From: Eledone cirrhosa
Taxonomy: Eukaryota
Length of the DNA stretch: 64,000 nt
Assembly: GCA_964016885.1 (NCBI GenBank)
Contig: OZ024741.1
Coordinates: 204,166,001-204,230,000 of the forward strand
Direction of reading: 5' to 3'
The translations under genes and the position numbers were made by a program. Positions 54,675-64,000 of this stretch are shown piece after piece. The stretch's first letter is position 1. Each line of letters begins with the position of its first letter. Below the pieces are notes generated by a model. It made no database searches and was not told where the DNA came from. It saw nothing but the letters and a program-made list of their open reading frames with translations.

Positions 54675-55065
54675 GTTTAAGTGTTACCTGGGATCGGTGA
54701 GAACGTCTTCAAATATTACCTGGGATATGTAAGAACTTCTTAAAATATTACCTGAAGTAAGTGACAACTGGGGAAGGTGAGAATTCTTCAAATATTGCCT
54801 GGGGTAGGCGAGATCTTCTTTAAATATTACCTGAAGCAGGTGAGAACTTCTTTAAGTATAAATTGGGACAGGAGAAAACTTCTCCATCCCATGGAGCCAT
54901 TAAGAACTTCTTCGAATATTATCTATTGCAGTGGAGGGGATGTTTAAGTATTACCTAGAGCAGGTAGAGATTCTTTAATTCTTACCTATAGCGGGAGAGA
55001 TATTCTTCAAATATTATCTGGGGTAGGCAAAAATGTATTTAAATATTACCTGAAGCAGGTGAGAG
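54675..55065. repeat. Degenerate ~31-bp minisatellite
   Basis: AAATATTACCTG...GGTGAGAACTTCTT. Confidence 0.75.
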
Positions 55066-55535
55066 GAATGAAAAATGTCTTACCTTCCTGTAAATATTAT
55101 GAATGTTGAGTTGGAGCAGTGAAAAGGGAAAATGAGATTTTAGTTGTTCTGGAAAAGGTAATTAAATAAATTACATACTTTTAAATAATCCTGAATTGTG
55201 TATTTTTCAGTTAAATTTTTACTAAAAGTTTAAAATATTACCAATATCTTGGCTCCATTTCAATCAATAATACTAATATATAATCGATTTAGAAATTATC
55301 CATTGTTTAAACAATAAGTTGAACAGTCAAATGAAATTCAATTGAGTTGATCGCTCTTGATGAATGGTCTACTAATTAAGATAATCAGTATTCTTTTCTT
55401 ACTTTCAGCCATTAGACTGTGGCCAAGCTGTCTCACCCCCTTGTGAGTATTTTGTCAATCATATCAATCCCAGTACTTATTTTATCAATTTCTTTTTGTC
55501 AAACTGGTAAGTTACAGGACATAAACAATTATATG

Positions 55536-55618
<83 letters not shown>

Positions 55619-55856
55619 TGATTGAAAAATATGATTGAAAAATTTTTTTGTTTGTTTGTTTGTTTGTTTGACCCGAATTACTTGGTCGTTTCTATGGCTG
55701 TGCGGATAATGGTTTAACCATCGTCTCAGTGTGTTTGGCCTTTTAACGTATGTTGTAGCTCTGGTTCGTTAGAATTTATTGAGCGCTTGCCACACATCTC
55801 GGAAGTTGTTTTTCGCTAATTTCAAAGCCGAAATACGATTCTCGCTAATTTATATT

Positions 55857-55896
<40 letters not shown>

Positions 55897-56097
55897 TTCT
55901 AAGGTTTTTGATATGAACTCGTGTGTTGAAACAAATATTGTTATATTTGGGGAGGGTCATATTGTTATAATATTGCCAGAAATAATAATAGAACACACTC
56001 ACTGTTTGGTTTTCGCTTCTGTATCTTTTATATCTCCATAGTTAATTTATCTAGCAATCAATGTTTATCATTGATTGACCAACGGTTAGAAATACAG

Positions 56098-56141
<44 letters not shown>

Positions 56142-56142
<1 letters not shown>

Positions 56143-56185
56143 ATCAAAGTTCTTTCGTCACACATCTGTGATATCATCAGTGGTA
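56142..56185 (-). ncRNA. Type I hammerhead motif
   Basis: UACCA-CUGAUGA-u-aUCACA gaug UGUGAc-GAAAG aa CUU-UGAUA. Confidence 0.6.
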
Positions 56186-56482
56186 CTATAATCTTTCTTC
56201 CCGTTGTATTGTAAGGCCTCCGCCATTACAATACAACGGGAGAAAACATAAGATACAGAAGCGAAAACCAACCCAAACCAAACAGTGAGTGTGTTCTATT
56301 ATTCTTTCTGGCAATATTATAACAATATATTGTTATGCTTTTGGAGGGTCATGTTGCCAATAAGAAACACACGCACCAGTTGCTTTCACTTCAATTTATT
56401 ATAAATTAAATTTATAAATTTAGGAATTTATAAATTTCCGGTTGGTTGGTTGGTTTCACAACCAGACGATTGTTCATATATT

Positions 56483-56525
56483 GTCAAAGTTCTTTCGTCA
56501 CACATTCTGTGACCTCTTCAGTGAC
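56483..56525 (-). ncRNA. Type I hammerhead ribozyme
   Basis: GUCA-CUGAAGA-G-GUCACA gaaug UGUGAC-GAAAG aa CUU-UGAC. Confidence 0.8.
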
Positions 56526-57147
56526 TGAGGATTCTTTTTTTTTTGTTTTTGTGCCTCTCCTTTGTTCTGTCCTACGCCATCTTGTTTTTGTGTGTGTTCA
56601 AAGCATAACAATATCGGTTTCAACACACGTTTTCAGATAAAGAATCTTGCTAAACAAATTCAGAAACGAAATATAACAATATGACCCTCCCCAAATATAA
56701 CAATATATATATATATTTATAATTTTCAGGGTAATTCATTTTTCTGGCATGTTTACATGCATACATATTAGATATGTGTATATATTTATACATGTTGGTA
56801 GAGTCTCCGTTACACATTCTGTATTTATAATGATATAACTTTATAATACACTTCTGCTAGCGCACTAATTAATTAATTACCAACACAAGCGGTAACTATA
56901 TGCAAATTCGTATGTCCATTTCAGAATAATACTATGAGCGAATGGAGATATACACCCATCAAATATATGTTTCCTGTAGTTGATTGATGTGGGTTCAATA
57001 AGATCCGAAAATCGATAAAGCTGTTTATCAATTTTTCAGTTTACAGGGTAATTCGTATTTTCTGGCATGTTTACATACCTACATATGTATATACATACAC
57101 GTTGATGCAGTCTCGGTTGCACATTCTCTATTTATATAGATATAACC

Positions 57148-57297
<150 letters not shown>

Positions 57298-57299
57298 GA

Positions 57300-57876
57300 T
57301 AATTTAATATATCAACTAACGGCGCACAGATGCACGTCCATGCCAGCAAATACACAGGTTATGTCATAGTACCTAGGTGGTTCAATGCAGGAGGGTGCAG
57401 AACAATAATATAAAAGACGTAAAATAAGAAAATACCTTTTAAAAAATTTTTAAAAAATTTTTTACTTACTTACTTAAATTTTCACTCCAACTAATTAGTT
57501 TCTGCAATGGGATAAAGACAGTTACGTAATCCAACTGTCGAGAATTCATTGCGTCATCAGGGAGTCTATTCTCAGCTGAGTCTCCAGGCAATGCGCGGAC
57601 ACTGGCGGCTCATATAAAAATAATAATAATTCGGTAGAAAGAACAGCTGGCGAGGACTGGATTCTATGTACTGAAATTCTCACTGCTTCTAGTCAAATGG
57701 CCGATTCTAAAGAATCAATCACGTGACACAGAGGCTAGTTAGAAGGAATGGGATGGTAAGATGACTGACGCCTACTAACACCCCATTGCAGAAACTAATT
57801 AGTTGGAGTGAAAATTTAAGTAAGTAAGTAAAAAAAATTTTTAAAATTTTTTTAAAAGGTATTTTCTTATTTTACG

Positions 57877-57885
<9 letters not shown>
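57300..57885. mobile_element. Inverted PLE-terminus-like pair (~105-bp arms) between (TA)n tracts
   Basis: 57408-57511 is the reverse complement of 57782-57885; left arm has a ~110-nt extension. Confidence 0.8.
57484..57565 (-). ncRNA. Hammerhead motif with two-helix expanded stem II
   Basis: ACUCC-CUGAUGA-c-GCAAUG..GACAGUU loop AACUGUC..CAUUGC-a-GAAAC uaauua GUU-GGAGU. Confidence 0.75.
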
Positions 57886-57970
<85 letters not shown>

Positions 57971-58162
57971 GAATAATCGAGTATCGGAAAATCAGCTCAC
58001 GAATTTACGATAAACAAAATCCGACATGAGTCGACAGAGGGCTCAATAATTCAGATAAATCAGAGCTATAACTATCGTTAAGATACCAACACACAAAGAT
58101 TATGCCTAAAATCACCCGTGCAGCTGAAAAATTACGACCAGGAAGATTCGGGACACTCAGAT

Positions 58163-58225
<63 letters not shown>

Positions 58226-58459
58226 GAAAACGAAGAATCAGTGATGCATTGGAACTTAATTTATTACGTATTACAATTGTTTCCCCAGCGAACAGCCGGG
58301 TAAACAATTGAGTTTTCCATTCTATCATACTCTGCACGGTAGGAGCATAGAGTGCTCAACCGGCATACCGCCTATTGACGCATCCTAGCTACCATAAGAC
58401 ATATATATATATAAAATAAAATAAATAAGTCAAATATTTACAATTTGGCTTCGTTTATT

Positions 58460-58514
58460 ACTGCTATATATATTTCGGTGACAGCCATCTTTGGCTGTGA
58501 CCTCTTCAGGCAGT
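58460..58514 (-). ncRNA. Type I hammerhead ribozyme
   Basis: ACUGC-CUGAAGA-GGUcACAGCCA aaga UGGCUGUcACC-GAAAU auau AUA-GCAGU. Confidence 0.85.
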
Positions 58515-58694
58515 CCGAATTGGTGTGGTAGAGACGGGTACACTTGTTGTTGAGGTGCTTAACTCCGTCAATACTGCGATATGTCCAGTTCCTGATTAGG
58601 TTGTTATTACTCCGGAGTAACCAAACCAACCTGCGCACTTCGTCTAGTGCTCCAATCTGCATACTGAGGTGTCGGTAAACAACCAACATATACT

Positions 58695-58767
<73 letters not shown>

Positions 58768-59624
58768 ATTTCTGCAGTTTCTAGCTACCAAAATCCTCTC
58801 ACAAAGTATTGATCAACCCAAGGTTATAGTAGTAGACACTCATTTAAGGTACCACACGGTGTGACTAAAACTAGAACTACATGGTTGTAAAACACAGCCA
58901 TACCTGAGCTTATACAAATAAAGCACCAAAAACCTGATTTGATGTACGGTCTAATATGAGTGGAAAGTAGAGAGATGAATAGGAAGGTCTGATAAACTGT
59001 TATCATCATCACCAAACCAATAATAGTCATTTGGAATATGTTTATAATGAAATGTCAATCCGATATATTTGTATCAGCTAAAGGGAGCGTAAATCCTATT
59101 CAATAGTTACTTGATTAATTTTTACTTAATCCAACCGTAATTGAAATCTATACAGAGTAATTAATAGCTGATACAAAACACAGACACCACTAATACTTCA
59201 TGAAATAACTAAATGTAAGACAAAAGGAAGTTGGGTTATATGTATCCATTCGACCTGCTGAAAATAGCAGTCAATCTGTTCAAATTACACCCTATAATCT
59301 TAAATATAGAAACGTATGTATCTAGAATAAGTTAATCTTCTGTCAGTTTCAACAATGAGCATTCAGTTGTTCAACCAGCTGAATGTCTCACTCGTGAATT
59401 AACATGTATACACTTAATCAGCATGACACAGTGTGTCATGGCTGGACGTCAGGATTACAATATTTCATCTGATCGGCTACCAAGCAATTTCACACACAAG
59501 GCTTGGGTTGACCTGAAGGTATGGTAAAGACACTTACTTAAACTGTCGTTCAGTGAGATTGAACCCAAGATCTTATGCTTGTGAAACGAAGTTCTTCACC
59601 ACTCAGCCGAATATATATGTATAG

Positions 59625-59704
<80 letters not shown>

Positions 59705-60229
59705 GGAGAGAGAGAGTATCTCTCTATCTCCATATATATGTGTGTATGTATGTGTGTGTGTTGGCGTTTGTAATAATATCAACTGGAAAACAGGAAACAA
59801 TGGCACAACACTGAAATAGAGTTTAACCCTTTAACATTTAAACCGCCCGTATCCAGCCTCTCAAGAAGAAGTAGAAGAAGAAGAAGAAGAAGAAGAAGAA
59901 GAAGAAGAAGAAGAAGAAGAAGAAGAAGAAGAAGAAGAAGAAGAAGAAGAATGTTTATATCGAAAGTGTCTCAAAGTACACTAATAGCAATAAGTACGTC
60001 AACATAAATTGTGACTTTTGAAACACCCTGTATATGTACGTATGTGTGCTTATGTGTGTGTACGTATGTGTGAGAGTGTTGTGTGTGTGATTGTTGCACA
60101 AAATTCATTTGTATGCTTAGGCCGAGCACTCAGGAACACTTAGGAAACGAACTTTGATTGACTGTTAATATCTTGGAATGATTCAGCAAAAAAATCTAAA
60201 AACAGGTTTGTTAATTCAAATGTTTACAG

Positions 60230-60790
60230 TATCTTTAGTTCTGGCCAGATTGTTGTGAACATTTATAGCATGAATCTTTAGTTCTGGCCAGTTGTGAACA
60301 GTTGCAGCATCAATCTTTAGTTCTGGCCAGATTGTTGTGAATTTGTAGCATTAATCTTTAGTTCTGGCCAGATTGTTGTGAAGTTATAGCATTAATATTT
60401 AGTTCTGGCCAGATTGTTGTGAAGTTGTAGCATTAATCTTTAGTTCTGGCCAGATTGTTGTGAAGTTAAAGCATTAATCTTTAGTTCTGGCCAGATTGTT
60501 GTGAAGTTGCAGCATCAATCTTTAGTTCTGGCCAGATTGCTGTGAAGTTGTAGCATTAATCTTTAGTTCTGGCCAGATTGTTGTGAAGTTATAGCATTAA
60601 TCTTTAGTTCTGGCCAGATTGTTGTGAAGTTATAGCATTAATCTTTAGTTCTGGCCAGATTGTTGTGAAGTTATAGCATTAATCTTTAGTTCTGGCCAGA
60701 TTGTTGTGAAGTTGTAGCATTAATCTTTTGTTCTGGCCAGATTGTTGTGAAGTTATAGCATTAATCTTTAGTTTGTTGTGAACATTTACA
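60230..60790. repeat. 41-bp minisatellite (~13 copies)
   Basis: TCTTTAGTTCTGGCCAGATTGTTGTGAAGTTATAGCATTAA; period 41. Confidence 0.93.
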
Positions 60791-60814
60791 GAACTTAATG
60801 TGACACGGTCTAGT

Positions 60815-61082
60815 GAACTCTATAGATAATGAACACAACCACAAGGATATGGTCCGAACGTGGAAAAGCCGAACTCCCACTGCCATCGACTCCATCTCTC
60901 TCGCCCTCCCCACTTCTCTGTATTATGAGCAAATGGGGTCCCACGTGCTGGCCTCCCCACAGCCCGGCGGACAGAATGGAGAGGGCGTTCCTCTGGAGGA
61001 TGGTAAGGGAGATGCGCTGGAAGAGCTATTCCAACTCGCGAGGCTCACACCTGCGGCTGGCTTTCCGGATATGTCTTACTAA
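60815..61082 (-). mobile_element. CRE-like non-LTR retrotransposon 3' fragment
   Basis: Minus strand ...CEPRELE*LFQRISLTILQRNALSIL resembles the EPRE..(W/F)LFQR(L/I)S.A.QRGNA.S(I/V)L C-terminus of CRE-clade RLE ORFs. Confidence 0.7.
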
Positions 61083-61689
61083 TTTGGTTTCATGTTGTTT
61101 GTCAATTCAAATATCAATATCTTTACTATTGATAGATCGTTGTGAACATTTACAGTATTAGAGCAAATATTTTTATCTTTTATGTTATGCAATCATGGTA
61201 CTGTTTTGAACTATACAAGACTGTCTTGCTAATGTGATTACACGTCGTACATGACGTTAAGAGTTAAAGTTGAAGTGTGAGTATGTGTGTGTATTTATGT
61301 GTGAACCTGTGTATACATGTATGTACATGTATGTATGCATGTGAGCATGCCTGTGTACATGGACATATGTGTGTGTATATGTGGACGTATATCAGTGTGT
61401 GTGCGTGTGTGTGTGTGTATGTCTGCGCGTGTTTCAAAATCTGTTGGTGTTATTAAGGCGATCCCTCTAAAAAAAAACAAAAAAAACAGTGCATCATGTC
61501 AAGCCGGATGTGCGTCACAGATTTGGTTCGTGATCGAAGCCAATCAGATCGAAGTCAATAGCCTCACTTGCAGTGCTAACGCCCTTGAAATAGCAAGAAG
61601 CAGCATTGTTCAAATACTTCTCTTAAGAAACACATACATATTGATTTCTTGGTTGGACACAAGGCAATTATTAAAAAGATGCTAATGTG

Positions 61690-61839
<150 letters not shown>

Positions 61840-61849
61840 TTTGTGCTGG

Positions 61850-62030
61850 ACCTCCGGCGATACCGACGACAAGTGTTCCAGTTGTTCAAACAACGGAACA
61901 GTCTGCTCATGAAATTACTGTACAAGTGGTTGAGTATTCCACTCACACGTGTACCCTCAACGTAATTCTCAGAGAGATTCTACGTGATACAGTGTGACAT
62001 AATTGACCCTTTGAGATACAGGTTCATCTC
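61850..62030 (-). mobile_element. SINE family B body
   Basis: CAACGGAACAGTCTGCTCATGAAATT...ACACGTGTACCCTCAACGTAATTCTC. Confidence 0.72.
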
Positions 62031-62256
62031 TTTATCTTGGTTTTGGTTTTTTTCATTGTTGTTGTTTTTGTTGTTATTTACAAGGCGAGTGGACAGGAGT
62101 AAATCTCTCTTTAACGGAACATAATATTCGGGAATGTAATCCAACATATAACTTTTAAAAAGGCGTAATGGTCACGGATGGAATGACTTTGATCATAGTT
62201 ATGTTCGATTAAGACTAGCCAATAACAACAATAAATAAGAAACATGTGTGTATGAC

Positions 62257-62314
<58 letters not shown>

Positions 62315-62650
62315 AGAGAGAGAGAGGGAGAGAGAGAGAGAGAGGGAGAGAGAGGGAGAGAGAGAGAGAGAGAGTCTATGTTGATAGCTTCTGGAATAAA
62401 GAAGATGAACCGAAGATGTAGGATTTTCTATTAGAATATAGATATAAAATCATATTTGAAAAGGAACCACAGAAATAAGCACGTGACGTTGTCCCTTCAG
62501 AAAGATGGCGTTATTTCTTATTTTGGGTAGATGGCGCTTTTATTAACAGATAGTCATTACTCGTTTTCTTGTTTCTGGGGGGGGGGGGTTGTGTGCGTGA
62601 GTTTGTTTTTAATATTTCACTAACAGCAGTTCCTACTACACCGAGAGTCT

Positions 62651-62720
<70 letters not shown>

Positions 62721-62724
62721 GTAC

Positions 62725-62772
<48 letters not shown>

Positions 62773-62839
62773 ATATATATATATATATATACAATACATA
62801 TATATATATATATAGATAGATAGATATAGATATATCAGA

Positions 62840-63018
62840 GAGATCCACACAATGATCGCGTCTCGAGCTGTCCGCCGGCGAAACAATCGTAACACAATAA
62901 ATTGAGTTCAGATGCGTCACTGATTTTTCGTTTTCTATTCTATCATACTCTGCTCTGTAAGAGCATAGAGTGCTCAACCGGCATACCGCCTATGGAAGCA
63001 TCTTAGCTACCATCAGAC
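62840..63018 (+). mobile_element. PLE-terminus-like fragment, homologous to 58220-58400 (where its 5' part is inverted)
   Basis: Shared TTCTATCATACTCTGC...GAGCATAGAGTGCTCAACCGGCATACCGCCTAT; HHR 3' half GAAAC-aatc-GTA. Confidence 0.65.
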
Positions 63019-63047
63019 ACACACACACACACACACACACACATACT

Positions 63048-63144
<97 letters not shown>

Positions 63145-63329
63145 GTGTGTGTGTGTGTGTGTGTGTGTGTTTGGCTCTGAACTAGCCACCTTAATAGTCC
63201 ATAAAGGAGGAGGAACTCAATATTCATAAGAGAGTAGATATTATTGGTAGACTTCATAGGTTTAGCGAACACTCGCTTTGCTGAAACATGGTAGTGATGC
63301 TGCAAGAGAGTGAAAAAATCAATCAAGTT

Positions 63330-63437
<108 letters not shown>

Positions 63438-63467
63438 TGCGTGTGTGTGTGTGTGTAATAAGTAGGA

Positions 63468-63658
63468 GAACGAGGTGTCAAAGTATCTTCATTAAGTTTA
63501 TTCGGATGTGAACGTCTTTAAGGAATCCTCGAGTTTGATGAACTATCGATTCCAGAGTCGGACCCGATCGATACGGATCGTACCTAGAGCTGATCAATCA
63601 CGAAACGCGCGTCCCACCTGAGTAAACTTAATATTGATACTTTGATGACATCTCGTTC
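63468..63658. repeat. Imperfect inverted repeat with an HHR 3' half
   Basis: GAACGAGGTGTCAAAGTATC..ATTAAGTTTA / TAAACTTAAT..GATACTTTGA..CATCTCGTTC; GAAAC-gcgc-GTC. Confidence 0.7.
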
Positions 63659-63696
63659 GTACTCATTATATATATAATGAGTACAAACGATGAGAC

Positions 63697-63868
63697 GGGC
63701 GGTGAATTGGCAGTATCGGTAGAGGGTCTGACGTCATGCTTTCTAGCAAAGAGTTACGGCCCTTTATGATCTGAGTTCAAATCCCGCCGAGGTTAACTTT
63801 GTTTTCATCCTTACGGGATCGATAAAATAAAGTACCAGTAATACGCTAGGATAATTGTTGGCCTTGTG
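63697..63868 (+). mobile_element. SINE family A
   Basis: GGCGGTGAATTGGCAGTATCGGTAGAG...GAGTTCAAATCCCGCCGAGG...GATAAAATAAAGTACCAGT. Confidence 0.82.
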
Positions 63869-64000
63869 AGAGAGAAAACAAGAGAAAGAGAAAGAGAAAA
63901 CATGAGAAAGAGAGAGAGTCTGTGGTGCTGTGACCGAGGAGGCGATTAATCATGGGAGTACTCGATGCATGGGGATATGCAGAGTGGGTATAGAGATATG

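Larger units (their letters stand above)
55890..56705. mobile_element. Nested and inverted PLE termini of two related subfamilies
   Basis: 56330-56598 is homologous to 3417-3678; 55965-56025 inverted at 56250-56327; terminal segment repeated inverted at 56671-56705. Confidence 0.82.

Noticed and set aside
55610-55856. Helitron 5' end
   Set aside because: TATAAAA plus (TTTG)n is suggestive, but no 3' hairpin-CTAG was found.
60230-60790. CRISPR-like array (also 40679-41240 and 1806-2160)
   Set aside because: Units are directly tandem with no unique spacers; eukaryotic context, no cas genes.
60813-61082. Plus-strand 89-aa ORF as a host exon
   Set aside because: Opposite strand matches a CRE-type retrotransposon C-terminus; weak polypyrimidine tract.
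59823-61267. piggyBac-like element bounded by TTAACCCT / AGAGTTAA
   Set aside because: The two ends do not match beyond a few bases; probably unrelated fragments.

Overview
Eukaryotic, AT-rich, repeat-saturated non-coding DNA (intergenic or large intron). The (TA)n/(CA)n/(TATG)n load and the SINE families suggest an octopus (coleoid cephalopod) genome; this is inference. No intact host gene was found, and the long ORFs in the track are tandem-repeat artefacts. The window holds: a hAT (Buster/Charlie-type) transposon nested in a mariner relic; several Penelope-like elements (PLEs; RT + GIY-YIG); RTE, R4/Dong-like and CRE-like LINE fragments; a non-autonomous Helitron; many SINEs; an 8.5-kb 20-bp satellite with internal inversions; and several minisatellites. 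The most notable signal is about 20 type-I hammerhead ribozyme (HHR) motifs, read by eye, in PLE termini and small non-coding units sitting in (TA)n tracts. They include HHRs whose stem II is expanded to 50-105 nt, and a ~433-nt head-to-tail retrozyme-like unit whose HHR stem I shows a compensatory base-pair change. Recurrent inverted-end and 'tail' architectures expose how these elements insert. All RNA structures are manual predictions; none is experimentally or computationally confirmed.
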